From an uncultured Pseudomonadales bacterium (GTDB lineage Bacteria; Patescibacteriota; Microgenomatia; UBA1400; PJMF01), in assembly GCA_964393205.1 (NCBI GenBank), contig CAYMSV010000001.1, positions 244,581 through 308,580 on the forward strand: a stretch of DNA of 64,000 bases, given 5' to 3'. Numbering within the stretch: position 1 is the stretch's first letter; the number at the start of each line of letters is the position of its first letter. Below the pieces are notes generated by a model. The model saw only the letters and a list, made by a program, of their open reading frames with translations. It did no database searches and had not been told where the DNA came from. Shown in pieces: positions 19,762-29,615 of the stretch. A program made the position numbers and the translations under genes.

Positions 19762-21084
19762 TTGATTGATATGAGTAAAGAAAATATTATTAGCGCTATT
19801 GATTTAGGAACTGATAAGTGTGTAACTTTGATTGCAAAGCTGAATGAGCTAGATCAATTAGAAGTATTGGGTTTTAGTGTCGTTCCCTCTCGAGGTGTTA
19901 GACGCAGCACAATTGTTAATTTAGAAGAGGCCTTAACCACTGTTGGACAAAGTCTAGATGCTGCAGAAAGGATGGCAGGACTGGCTGTCAAAAATGTTGT
20001 TCTGTCTGTTTCTGGGATTTATATTCGTTATAAAAATTCAAAAGGTGTGGTGCCTGTTGCCTCTCCCAATCAAGAAATTTCCTCTTTAGATGTAGAGCGG
20101 GTTGTTGAGGCAGCGCGGGCTATTTCTTTACCAAGTGAGCGAGAGATTATCCATGTTATTCCGAAAGATTTCAAAGTTGACTCTCAAGAAGGAATAAAAG
20201 ATCCGGTAGGGATGATGGGTGTTCGTCTAGAATCAGAAACGCATATTATTACTGGACTATCTACGAGTTTGCGCAATTTTGAGAAATGTATGGGCGATTT
20301 GGGTTTAAATGTTGATGCTTTTGTTTTTAGTGCTTTGTCTGCTAGTGAGACTGCTTTGACAGAAACGGAAAAGGAGCTGGGAGCAGTTTTGGTGGATATT
20401 GGAGCTGGAACCACCAGTATTTGTGCTTTTGTTGAAGGAGTTTTAGAATTTTCAGCCGTAATTCCGGTTGGAGCAAAATATATTACTCAAGATATTGCTT
20501 CAGGTCTGCGTATTTCTTTGGAGGACGCAGAAAAATTGAAACTGTATCTTAGTGGCGATGAAGAATTAAAACTAGTTCCCTTGCCCGGAGAATCTAAAGC
20601 TGAGTTCACTAAACGCAAAAAAAAGTTTGATTTAATTGATCCAGAAAAAGTTGGGATTAATAATCGTGATCCCATTTCACGAAAATTTGTCACAGATGTG
20701 GTGATGGAGCCTAGGATTAAGGAAATCTTTAGTTTAATTTTGGAAGAATTAGCGAAAGCTGGCTTACTAGAAGGCAATCAATTACCAGCGGGCATGGTGG
20801 TAACTGGCGGCGGAGCTCTGACCTATAATTTAGTTGATGTAGCTCGCTACACCACTAAGATGTCAGTGAGATTGGCTAAGCCAAGCAACATTCTTGGTTT
20901 AACAGAAGATATTAAGCAAGTTAATTTTGCCGTAGCACTAGGTTTACTAGCCTATGCAAAACGCCAAGGCAATATTGGGCAGATTAGTCACGGTGACTTT
21001 TCTTTGAAGAAAATTTTACCTGAGGGTTTATTAAACCAGGTCGCAGAAAAAGGTAAAGCTTTGTTTAAGAAAATTTTCCCATGA
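19762..21084 (+). CDS. ftsA: Cell division protein FtsA (actin-like ATPase)
   Basis: IDLGTDKCVTLIA..., GAGTTSI, VVTGGGA motifs. Ends on a TGA stop. Confidence 0.9.
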   Translation: MIDMSKENIISAIDLGTDKCVTLIAKLNELDQLEVLGFSVVPSRGVRRSTIVNLEEALTTVGQSLDAAERMAGLAVKNVVLSVSGIYIRYKNSKGVVPVASPNQEISSLDVERVVEAARAISLPSEREIIHVIPKDFKVDSQEGIKDPVGMMGVRLESETHIITGLSTSLRNFEKCMGDLGLNVDAFVFSALSASETALTETEKELGAVLVDIGAGTTSICAFVEGVLEFSAVIPVGAKYITQDIASGLRISLEDAEKLKLYLSGDEELKLVPLPGESKAEFTKRKKKFDLIDPEKVGINNRDPISRKFVTDVVMEPRIKEIFSLILEELAKAGLLEGNQLPAGMVVTGGGALTYNLVDVARYTTKMSVRLAKPSNILGLTEDIKQVNFAVALGLLAYAKRQGNIGQISHGDFSLKKILPEGLLNQVAEKGKALFKKIFP

Positions 21085-21184
21085 TTAGTTCTAATAAAAG
21101 AGCTGTTTACTAGTTTACTTTTGTGTTAAAATCAGTTAGTTTAATTGTAATAGTTTGATATAAATAATAGCTATATAAGAACCT

Positions 21185-22492
21185 ATGGGACTAGTTAAAC
21201 CTTCAAATACAACCTTTGCAAAAATTAAAGTAATTGGCGTTGGTGGCGGCGGTAACAATGCTATCAACTCCATGATTCTTTCAAAAGAAATTAAGGGCGT
21301 GGAATTTATTGGCATCAATACTGATGCTCAAGCTTTATTAACTGCTAAAGCTGAAACTAAATTACAAATTGGTACCAATTTTACTAGAGGTTTGGGGGCT
21401 GGAGCCGATCCCGAAGTGGGTCGAACTGCTGCTGAAGAAAGCAGAGAAAAAATTAAGGAATTACTTTTTGATACAGATATGGTTTTTATTACAGCTGGTA
21501 TGGGTGGCGGTACTGGTACTGGCGCCTCACCAGTGATCGCGGAAATTGCTAGAGAGGTTGGTGCTTTGACTGTTTCAGTAGTGACCAAGCCTTTTGCCTT
21601 TGAGGGTATACGCAGAATGCAAACTGCTGAAGAAGGCATCGAATATTTATCAGATACAGTTGATACTTTAATTGTTATTCCCAACCAGCGCTTACTAGAA
21701 GTAGTTGATAAAAAAATGACCTTTATTGATGCTTTTCGTCTAGCTGATAATGTATTGGGCCAAGGCGTAAAAGGTATTTCTGATCTCATTACCATAGCTG
21801 GAATGATCAACGTCGACTTTGCCGATGTTAAAACAATCATGACTGATTCTGGAACGGCCTTGATGGGTATTGGTGAGGCTTCTGGAGAAGATCGTGCAGT
21901 TATGGCTGCCAGAATGGCTGTTTCTTCACCACTACTGGAAGTTTCCATATCTGGAGCTAAAGGTATTCTTTATAATGTTACTGGTGGTCCAGATATGACT
22001 ATGACAGAAGTTTCTGATGCCTCTGCAATAATTGCTGATAGTGCCGATACCGATGCCGATATTATTTTTGGAGCTACTATTGACGAAGATATGGGAGCAA
22101 AAATCAAAATTAGCGTTATAGCAACCGGCTTTAGCGATAACTATAGCGGTGTTGGTCCTCGAGCTTTATTTGGAGCTTATGGTCGAGAATCTAAGAGAAA
22201 AATGACTCATACCCCTACTTCGACTGTAACCAGCATAGAAGAAGAGTCCCCAGAGGAAGACAAAATTGATCGAGCTCCAGAGGGATATACTCAACCTCAA
22301 ACTATGGCTGATCGCAAACCAAAAAAAGAGGAAAAAGTTGAAAGTAACAATCCTTTTGTTCGTAGCGCTTTGTTTAATCTAAAAAAAGATTCTAAAAAGA
22401 AGCAAGAAGATAAATCGGACAAAAAAGAGGATGCAGAGAATAGTGATGAATTTAGTGAGTTTGAAGTGCCTGCTTTTTTAAGACAAAAATAA
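21185..22492 (+). CDS. ftsZ: Cell division GTPase FtsZ
   Basis: [11 protein letters not shown] tubulin signature, followed by a disordered acidic C-terminal tail. Confidence 0.95.
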   Translation: MGLVKPSNTTFAKIKVIGVGGGGNNAINSMILSKEIKGVEFIGINTDAQALLTAKAETKLQIGTNFTRGLGAGADPEVGRTAAEESREKIKELLFDTDMVFITAGMGGGTGTGASPVIAEIAREVGALTVSVVTKPFAFEGIRRMQTAEEGIEYLSDTVDTLIVIPNQRLLEVVDKKMTFIDAFRLADNVLGQGVKGISDLITIAGMINVDFADVKTIMTDSGTALMGIGEASGEDRAVMAARMAVSSPLLEVSISGAKGILYNVTGGPDMTMTEVSDASAIIADSADTDADIIFGATIDEDMGAKIKISVIATGFSDNYSGVGPRALFGAYGRESKRKMTHTPTSTVTSIEEESPEEDKIDRAPEGYTQPQTMADRKPKKEEKVESNNPFVRSALFNLKKDSKKKQEDKSDKKEDAENSDEFSEFEVPAFLRQK

Positions 22493-22550
22493 GCTAAGTG
22501 GCAAAAGTTTTTTACAATTTTGGATTTAAATAAAATAGCATTGATTTTCT

Positions 22551-22559
22551 GCTATAATG
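22551..22559 (+). promoter_or_regulatory. Extended -10 promoter element (TGCTATAAT) for the ileS leader
   Basis: Matches TGnTATAAT. No good -35 at 17-nt spacing. Lies about 220 nt upstream of the ileS ATG. Confidence 0.4.
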
Positions 22560-22565
22560 TTCTTG

Positions 22566-22761
22566 TTAATAAAAACCGCTTGAGCTAATAATCAGTTAGC
22601 GAGGTGCTTGAAGAAATTATCCTATTATTAATTAGGATAAAAATAGAACAGGCCGAGTAGACCGCGTAAAAGTCAAAATTGAGGAGCAATAGGGCTGGTA
22701 CCTTTGCTGTAAAGCAAGCCTTATTAAAATCGTTGAAGAACGATTTTAGTGAGGTTTTTTT
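22566..22761 (+). promoter_or_regulatory. Putative T-box leader (Ile specifier) with antiterminator/terminator switch
   Basis: T-box-like AGGGCUGGUACC at 22691-22702 with a UGGU bulge; helix UUGCU-GUAA-AGCAA; downstream GCCUU is shared with a 16-bp terminator stem. Candidate specifier hairpin GCUAA-UAAUCAG-UUAGC at 22584-22600 (AUC+A). Confidence 0.6.
22719..22761 (+). terminator. Strong intrinsic terminator/attenuator 17 nt upstream of the ileS ATG
   Basis: CCUUAUUAAAAUCGUU-GAAG-AACGAUUUUAGUGAGG (16 bp, 2 GU pairs) followed by UUUUUUU. Confidence 0.75.
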
Positions 22762-22777
22762 AAAAATAAAAGGAAAA

Positions 22778-25702
22778 ATGTCTAAAAAAAATATTGACTT
22801 TCGACAAACACCTGATTTGGTTGAATTGGAAAAAGAAATTTTGCAATTTTGGGAAAAAGAAGAAATTTTTGAGCAATCATTAAAAAAAAGAGAAGGAGCA
22901 GAAAACTTTTCTTTTTATGATGGCCCCCCTTTTGCTACTGGTCTACCCCATTACGGCCATTTAATGCAATCGGTTATTAAAGATTTAATACCTCGTTACC
23001 AAACTATGAGAGGTAAATATGTGAGGCGAGTTTGGGGTTGGGATTGTCATGGTTTACCAATTGAGAATTTACTGGAAAAGGAACTAGATTTAGCAGATAA
23101 ACAGGAAATTGAAAAATTTGGAGTTGATGCTTTTAATCAAGCCTGTGAAGCACGAGTTTTAACCTATGCTCAGGATTGGGAAAAAACTATTAGAAGAATT
23201 GGTCGTTTTATAGACATGAAAAACGCTTATAAAACCATGGATAAAGAATACATGGAAAGTGTGTGGTGGGTCTTTAAAGAACTTTACCAAAAGGGTTTAA
23301 TTTATCAGAGTCACAAAGCCATGCATATTTGTCCACGTTGCAGCACGCCCTTGTCTAATTTTGAGGTTACTCAAGGTTATCAAGAAATCAAAGACTTAGC
23401 GGTGACAACTAAATTCAAACTTCTTGGCGAAGCAGAAAACACCTATTTCTTGTCTTGGACGACTACTGCTTGGACTTTGCCAGGCAATATGTTTTTAGCA
23501 GTTAATCCAAAGTTAGACTATGTTCTTCTTGAGTTAAAAGAAAAAAACGAAAAGTATTATTTGGCCAAAAGTCGCGTTGAGGAGGTTTTTGCCGATCAAA
23601 AATACCAAATTTTAAAAACAGTTAAGGGTCAAGAATTAGTCGGTTTGAATTATGAGCCAGTTTTTCCTTACTTTAAGCAATTAAAAGAAGATTCAACCAT
23701 ACCAGATCAAGCTAGAGAAAAAATATTTACAGTACAGGCTGGAGAATTTGTTAATTTAGAAGAAGGTACTGGCATTGTGCATATTGCTCCGGCATTTGGT
23801 GAAGATGATTATCAATTGGGAGAAAGTTTATTAAAGTTTTCACGACTAAGTACTCTGGTGAAAAATAAACTTTTTATTCAACACGTTGACATGAATGGTC
23901 GTTTCACTGCTGAAATAAAAGATTTTGCGGGTTTAGAGGTCAAACCTAAAAATGACCATCAGGCTACAGATGTGGCCATCATTCGCTATCTAGCTAAAGA
24001 AAACTTACTATTTGCTAAAAAGCAATTTAGTCATAGTTATCCTCATTGCTGGCGTTGTGATACACCTCTACTAAATTATGCCACTAGTTCTTGGTTTGTT
24101 GAGGTGACTGCCTTTAAAGATCAATTATTAGAAAACAATCAAGCCGTTAATTGGCAGCCAAATCACATTAAAGATGGTCGATTTGGTAATTGGTTGGCAG
24201 ATGCTAGAGATTGGGCAATTTCACGCAATCGGTTTTGGGGCACTCCTCTGCCTCTTTGGCAAAGTGAAGATGGTGATCTAATTTGTGTGGGCAGCAGTGC
24301 TGAACTAGAAGAATTAACTGGTCAAAAAATCAATAATTTACATAAACAATTCGTTGATGAGTTGGTGATTGAAAAAAATGGTAAAAGCTATAAGCATTTA
24401 CCAGAGGTATTAGATTGTTGGTTTGAATCTGGTTCTATGCCCTATGCTCAATTTAATTATCCACATAGTAATCAGCAATTGTTTTCACAAAATTTCCCAG
24501 CCAACTTTATTTCTGAAGGACAAGATCAGACTCGGGGTTGGTTTTATACTCTCCACGTTCTAGCTACAGCTTTAACCATGAGCAGTGATAAATTTAAGTC
24601 AAGTTTAGACAAGCCGCCTAGCAGTGCTTTTGAAAACGTGATGTGTACTGGTTTGATTATGGCTAGTGATGGTAAAAAAATGAGCAAACGGCTCAAGAAC
24701 TATCCAGAGCCAGAAGCAATTTTAAATAAATATGGCGCGGACAGTTTGCGACTCTATTTAATGTCATCGGCGGTGGTTAAAGCAGAAACACTAAATTTTG
24801 ATGGAAAAGAAGTTAGTGATTTGCGCAGAAGAGTCTTTTTAATCTGGTGGAATGTTTTAGCTTTTTATCAAACTTTTGCCAATAAAGAAGCAGGCTTGTT
24901 AGATTTAAACAAAGAAATTGCTTTAGAAAATGTTTTAGATCGCTGGCTCTTGTCTCGTTTAGCTAATTTACAAAAACAGCTAGTTAAATATTTAGAAAAA
25001 TTTGATGTAATGCGAGCCAGCCGTTTGTTGGCACCTTTTATCAGTGATTTTTCAACCTGGTATTTACGCTTGTCTAGGGATCGTTTAAAAGCTGACGACA
25101 ATCAAGAAAGTAGTCAAGTTTTTGCTAGTGTTTTATATAATTCTGCTCAGCTATTTGCACCAATTGTGCCATTTTTTGCTGAACTCATTCATCAACAGTT
25201 TGTTAATCAGCCAAGCTCAATTCATTTGACCGACTATCCCCAACTTCCTCAATCTTGGATTCAAGATGAATTGGAAGAGCAAATGGAGGAGTTGCGTCAA
25301 CTAGTAGAACTAGGCCACGCTCAGCGAAAACAAGCTCAAGTTTCACTGCGTCAGCCTCTAGCATCAGTAACTTTTAACAAAAAAGCTAGCTTTAGCGATG
25401 ATCAAGAATTACTAGAAATTATAAAACAGGAGTTAAATGTTAAAGAAGTGAACTGGGGTCAGGCAAAAGCAGCAGACTTCGAAGCTGAATTTGATCTTGA
25501 ATTAACAGCAGATCTGGTTGCCGAGGGTGAAGCGCGTAAAGTCATTCGCCGTATTCAAACTTGGCGTAAAGATGCTGGTTTAGATCTTAATCAAGAGGTG
25601 CCAGTTTATTTAAAAACTTGGCCAAACCAATTTACTAAAATGATCGAGGAAAAAACCAACAGTCAACTAATTAGAGCTCAAATTGAAGGTCTTAAAGATT
25701 AG
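22778..25702 (+). CDS. ileS: Isoleucyl-tRNA synthetase
   Basis: HYGH motif (PHYGHLMQ) and KMSKR motif (KMSKRLKNYP). Start taken at ATG 22778 with the AAAGGA RBS; the track's TTG at 22679 would read through the leader and terminator. Confidence 0.9.
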   Translation: MSKKNIDFRQTPDLVELEKEILQFWEKEEIFEQSLKKREGAENFSFYDGPPFATGLPHYGHLMQSVIKDLIPRYQTMRGKYVRRVWGWDCHGLPIENLLEKELDLADKQEIEKFGVDAFNQACEARVLTYAQDWEKTIRRIGRFIDMKNAYKTMDKEYMESVWWVFKELYQKGLIYQSHKAMHICPRCSTPLSNFEVTQGYQEIKDLAVTTKFKLLGEAENTYFLSWTTTAWTLPGNMFLAVNPKLDYVLLELKEKNEKYYLAKSRVEEVFADQKYQILKTVKGQELVGLNYEPVFPYFKQLKEDSTIPDQAREKIFTVQAGEFVNLEEGTGIVHIAPAFGEDDYQLGESLLKFSRLSTLVKNKLFIQHVDMNGRFTAEIKDFAGLEVKPKNDHQATDVAIIRYLAKENLLFAKKQFSHSYPHCWRCDTPLLNYATSSWFVEVTAFKDQLLENNQAVNWQPNHIKDGRFGNWLADARDWAISRNRFWGTPLPLWQSEDGDLICVGSSAELEELTGQKINNLHKQFVDELVIEKNGKSYKHLPEVLDCWFESGSMPYAQFNYPHSNQQLFSQNFPANFISEGQDQTRGWFYTLHVLATALTMSSDKFKSSLDKPPSSAFENVMCTGLIMASDGKKMSKRLKNYPEPEAILNKYGADSLRLYLMSSAVVKAETLNFDGKEVSDLRRRVFLIWWNVLAFYQTFANKEAGLLDLNKEIALENVLDRWLLSRLANLQKQLVKYLEKFDVMRASRLLAPFISDFSTWYLRLSRDRLKADDNQESSQVFASVLYNSAQLFAPIVPFFAELIHQQFVNQPSSIHLTDYPQLPQSWIQDELEEQMEELRQLVELGHAQRKQAQVSLRQPLASVTFNKKASFSDDQELLEIIKQELNVKEVNWGQAKAADFEAEFDLELTADLVAEGEARKVIRRIQTWRKDAGLDLNQEVPVYLKTWPNQFTKMIEEKTNSQLIRAQIEGLKD

Positions 25703-25743
25703 TGACAATTGAAAAATAGTTAACTTTGTTTTAGTCTGAAGGA

Positions 25744-26859
25744 GTGCGAAAATATTTTTTAGCTAGTTTATTGTTTTTATTGATGATCTTAGCTTTGGTT
25801 ACTCTTAAAAGTATTGTTCCTAATTTATTAAATGTTCAATTAATAGCTTATTTAATTGGTTTTCTTTTATTCTTTTTACTTAGTCGAATTTCTTTTGCTT
25901 ATTGGTGGCGACTGAGTCCTTATTTATATTGGGGCTTAAATCTAGTTTTATTGACTCTTTTAATTTGGGGTCAGGCAACCAGAGGAATAGTAGCTTGGAT
26001 TGAATTGCCATTTGGTTTGCGTTTTCAACCATCTCAGTTGGCGGTTCCAATCACAGCCCTATTTTTATCTGCTAGTTTCAAAAATCAAACTCAAAAAAGC
26101 ATCAGTAAAATTTTAACTTGGCCTCAACTCATGAAAATTTTAGGCATAATCTTGCTGCCAGGAATACTAATTAATCTTCAACCAGACTTTGGGACGGCTA
26201 TGGTTTATTTTGCAGCTCTATTGGTTTTTTTGTTTTTTAATCGTTTGGGCTGGCAAAGAATAGTTGGCTTTATTTCTTTGACTGTTTTGACAGCCATTTT
26301 TGCTTGGTTTTTTATCTTAGTCGATTATCAAAAATCTCGATTCACTAGCTTTTTGTTTTTTATTAGTCCAGAAAGAAGTTTAAGCAGTGATTTTCGTCAG
26401 GAAAGCAGTGCAGCTTACAATGCTCGTCAATCAGTGATAGCTATTGGCGCAGGTCAGTTGTGGGGCCAGGGCGTTGGTCAGGGTACTCAATCTCATCTAA
26501 AATTTTTACCAGAAAGACAAACAGATTTTATTTTTGCTTCTTTTGTTGAAGAATGGGGCTTTTTTGGTTCATTATTAATTTTAAGTCTGTATTTTAGTCT
26601 TTTAGCTTTCATTTTATACTTGGTTTATTTTGAAGAAAATCGTGGCAAACAACTTTATGCTCTAAGTATTTTTACTATGTTTTTGGTACAAACTTTTATT
26701 AATATTGGAATGAATTTAGCTCTTTTGCCAATTACCGGTATTACTCTACCCTTTTTATCTTATGGGGGCAGCAGTGTTTTATCCTTATTTTTTAGTTTAG
26801 CGCTTTTGCAAAGTATTATCTTGGAAGGAGAAAAAGCTCCGAGCTCAATCTTTCAATAA
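25744..26859 (+). CDS. Second SEDS-family protein (RodA/FtsW-like)
   Basis: GTG start with an AAGGAG RBS; C-terminal PITGITLPFLSYGGSS SEDS motif. Confidence 0.75.
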   Translation: MRKYFLASLLFLLMILALVTLKSIVPNLLNVQLIAYLIGFLLFFLLSRISFAYWWRLSPYLYWGLNLVLLTLLIWGQATRGIVAWIELPFGLRFQPSQLAVPITALFLSASFKNQTQKSISKILTWPQLMKILGIILLPGILINLQPDFGTAMVYFAALLVFLFFNRLGWQRIVGFISLTVLTAIFAWFFILVDYQKSRFTSFLFFISPERSLSSDFRQESSAAYNARQSVIAIGAGQLWGQGVGQGTQSHLKFLPERQTDFIFASFVEEWGFFGSLLILSLYFSLLAFILYLVYFEENRGKQLYALSIFTMFLVQTFINIGMNLALLPITGITLPFLSYGGSSVLSLFFSLALLQSIILEGEKAPSSIFQ

Positions 26860-26889
26860 CTTCAAGATATGTTATAATCACAAATCGTT

Positions 26890-27201
26890 ATGAAATACGC
26901 AATAATTCAATTACAAGGTAAACAATTTCAAGTCAGTGAAGGCGACCAGATTACTGTCGATCGTTTAGATAAAACTGAGGGTGAAAAGTTTGCTGTTACT
27001 GACGTTTTATTATTGGTTGATGAGGATAAGAAAAAAATTGGCCAACCCATTGTTAAAGATGTAAAAGTCAACTGTGAGGTTTTAAGCAACGACAAAGGTA
27101 AAAAAATTCGAGTTGCTAAATATAAGGCCAAATCTCGTTATCGAAAAGTAATGGGTCATCGTCAATTGCAAAGCGTTTTAAAAATTGTCAGTATTGTTTA
27201 G
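26890..27201 (+). CDS. rplU: 50S ribosomal protein L21
   Basis: MKYAIIQLQGKQFQVSEGD... bL21 signature, 103 aa. Confidence 0.9.
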   Translation: MKYAIIQLQGKQFQVSEGDQITVDRLDKTEGEKFAVTDVLLLVDEDKKKIGQPIVKDVKVNCEVLSNDKGKKIRVAKYKAKSRYRKVMGHRQLQSVLKIVSIV

Positions 27202-27206
27202 GGTCT

Positions 27207-28388
27207 ATGTCCAAATTTTTATTTTTGTTTGGGAACACTCCCCAACTGTCTCATTTGGAGTTTACTACTGTTTATCCAGCACTCAAACTTAATGTTTTTG
27301 CAGGTGGTGAGCTAGCTGGACGCTTAGCTTTAGTTGAAATGGATCAAGAACAACTGGAGAGCAATAATTTTTTTGATAGATTAGGTGGCTTAGTTAAAAT
27401 CTTTCAAGTAGAAAAAATTTTAGATTTTGACAGTGAGCTGAATCAGATCAAGACAGCCATCGTTGATTGTTTACTAGAGAAAAGCCAACAACCTCATTTT
27501 AGTATTTACCAAAAAGGTAAGGGACAAAAGTCAATTAATCATGCTCAGATTAAAGATTTATTAAGACAAAAAGGCCATCGTTCTCGCTATTTTAAAGGTA
27601 CGCTGGATGGCAGTGCTTTTAGTCTTCATCAAGAATCAGCTCAAGAAATATTTCTCTACCATACTGAAGAAGGCATCTTTTTAAGCACCTTGTTGGGAGT
27701 TCAAGACATTGATGATTGGACTAAGAGAGATCGAGCTAAGCCATATTTTAATCGTAAAAAAGGCATGTTGCCTCCAAAAGTAGGCAGAATGCTGGTTAAT
27801 ATTGCTCTAGGACAGTGGCTGGCAGATAATGCTCAACGCTCTATTAGTGAAGCCAAGGTTTTTGATCCTTTTTGTGGGACAGGGACAGTATTAATTGAAG
27901 CTATGGGCTTTGGTTGTCAGGTTTATGGTTCTGACTTAGACGAGCAATCCGTTTGGGGAACTAGAGAAAATCTTCAGTGGTTTGCCGATGAATATCAGGT
28001 GCCCGCTCAAGATTTTAGCAAACAAATTTTTATCAGTGACGTTGGTCAGCTTTCAGCAGATCAATTAGGCAATAATAAAATGGATTTGTTAATTACTGAG
28101 CCTTTTTTGGGTAGACAAACACCTAAAGATGCAGAACTAGCAAATATTTTTAAAGGTTTGGAAAAAATGTATTTAGGAGCTTTTAATAGTTTTAGCAAGA
28201 TTCTCAACCCAGGCGCAAAAGTGGTTATGATTTTTCCCAAAGTTGTGGGTAAAAAAAGAGTCTATGCTCTCGATCATTTAATTGACAAATTGGCCGCAAA
28301 AGGCTACAATCCTTTCGTTTCACCTCTGCTTTATGCAAGAACTGGAGCGAGGGTGCAGCGAGAAGTTTATTTTTTTACTTTTAATTAA
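27207..28388 (+). CDS. Putative RNA methyltransferase (class I SAM-MTase, UPF0020/RlmL-Trm11-like) embedded in the L21-L27 operon
   Basis: Motif I VFDPFCGTGTVLIEA and motif IV-like LLITEPFLG; about 200-aa N-terminal domain of unknown fold. Confidence 0.55.
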   Translation: MSKFLFLFGNTPQLSHLEFTTVYPALKLNVFAGGELAGRLALVEMDQEQLESNNFFDRLGGLVKIFQVEKILDFDSELNQIKTAIVDCLLEKSQQPHFSIYQKGKGQKSINHAQIKDLLRQKGHRSRYFKGTLDGSAFSLHQESAQEIFLYHTEEGIFLSTLLGVQDIDDWTKRDRAKPYFNRKKGMLPPKVGRMLVNIALGQWLADNAQRSISEAKVFDPFCGTGTVLIEAMGFGCQVYGSDLDEQSVWGTRENLQWFADEYQVPAQDFSKQIFISDVGQLSADQLGNNKMDLLITEPFLGRQTPKDAELANIFKGLEKMYLGAFNSFSKILNPGAKVVMIFPKVVGKKRVYALDHLIDKLAAKGYNPFVSPLLYARTGARVQREVYFFTFN

Positions 28389-28400
28389 AACAAAGGACAT

Positions 28401-28661
28401 ATGGCACACGTTAAAGGTTCAGGTAGCGTTACCCAACATTCACAAGGCGCAAGACATGGGCGACGTTTTGGTTTGAAAAAATTTGGTGGAGAGAGCATTA
28501 AAGTTGGTCAGATTATTCTGCGACAAAAAGGGGCCAAGTATAAGGCCGGTCAAGGAACAAAGATGGGTAAAGACTATACGGTTTTTGCCATGATTGACGG
28601 AATCGTAGATTTTACCAAACGTTGGGGCAAAACAGTGGTTAGAGTTTTGGATAAAAACTAA
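28401..28661 (+). CDS. rpmA: 50S ribosomal protein L27 (no N-terminal propeptide)
   Basis: MAHVKGSG...RFGLKKFGGE... bL27, 86 aa. Confidence 0.9.
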   Translation: MAHVKGSGSVTQHSQGARHGRRFGLKKFGGESIKVGQIILRQKGAKYKAGQGTKMGKDYTVFAMIDGIVDFTKRWGKTVVRVLDKN

Positions 28662-28765
28662 AAAAATTCTCATTTTTTTCTGTAAAATATTTTCAATAGT
28701 GTTTTTTTTGTGAAAACTGTGAAAAAACTCTAGGCAAAATTGATCTATTGTGTTATATATAGAGT

Positions 28766-29584
28766 ATGACAGATATCCAAAAACTCCCTTCAAATCACCT
28801 CCAACCCAATCCTTTTCAACCACGAGATAAAGTTAAAAAAGAAGATCTCGCTGACTTAGTTGAATCAATTCGTATTCACGGTATTTTGGAACCCTTGGTA
28901 GTGGCAGAAACTCCGGCTGGTTATCAAATTATTGCTGGAGAAAGACGTTGGCGGGCAGCCAAAGTTTTGGGAATTGAAGAGTTGCCAGTTTACGTGAAAA
29001 AGACCAGTCCTCAAGGGATGTTAGAAATGGCAATTGTGGAAAATGTGCAACGCACAGACTTAAACCCCATTGAAAGAGCTCAATCTTTTTCTCGTTTAAA
29101 TAGAGAATTTGGTTTAGCTATTAATGAACTGGCTGAGAGAATTGGTAAATCTTCTTCTTATATTAGTAACACCATGAGGTTATTAGAATTACCAGACGCA
29201 ATTAATGATGGTTTGTTGAGCGAACAAATTACTGAAGGTCATGCTCGTTCTTTAGTTGGTTTGAAAGATCAATCTTTGATGATTGAATGCTATAAACAAG
29301 TTTTAAAAGAAAATGCTTCGGTGAGACGAACTGAAGAATTAGTCAGACGGATAAAAGCTGGTCAAAATAAAGCTAGCAAAAAAGCCGACGATGGTCGAGG
29401 TCGACCTTTAGCTCAAGACGAACAACAAGTAGCTAAATGGGAAAATCGCTTACAAGAATATTTCAAAAACAATAGTACTCTAAAAGTGGTGCGTTCACGT
29501 AAACAAACCAAGGTGACAATTACTCTCAAGGGTTCACCAGAAAAAACCCAGGATGATTTAGAAAAATTGATGAGTATTAATTAA
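28766..29584 (+). CDS. parB: ParB/Spo0J-like partition protein (no adjacent parA)
   Basis: GILEPLVV...IIAGERRWRAAK ParB box and HTH. Confidence 0.8.
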   Translation: MTDIQKLPSNHLQPNPFQPRDKVKKEDLADLVESIRIHGILEPLVVAETPAGYQIIAGERRWRAAKVLGIEELPVYVKKTSPQGMLEMAIVENVQRTDLNPIERAQSFSRLNREFGLAINELAERIGKSSSYISNTMRLLELPDAINDGLLSEQITEGHARSLVGLKDQSLMIECYKQVLKENASVRRTEELVRRIKAGQNKASKKADDGRGRPLAQDEQQVAKWENRLQEYFKNNSTLKVVRSRKQTKVTITLKGSPEKTQDDLEKLMSIN

Positions 29585-29615
29585 ATAACTTGATTAACTG
29601 TTTTAAAAAATTGTT

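Noticed and set aside
21085-21184. Possible ftsZ promoter in the ftsA-ftsZ spacer
   Set aside because: Several TATAAA/TATATA-like hexamers but no convincing -35/-10 pair at proper spacing; left uncalled.
22679-22777. Track ORF extends ileS upstream to a TTG at 22679
   Set aside because: The extension would read through the T-box-like antiterminator and a 16-bp terminator hairpin with a U7 tract. The ATG at 22778 has an AAAGGA RBS and begins a canonical IleRS N-terminus.
28662-28700. Possible rpmA terminator (A7-TCTCA-T7)
   Set aside because: The stem would consist only of A-U pairs with no G-C clamp; too weak to call.
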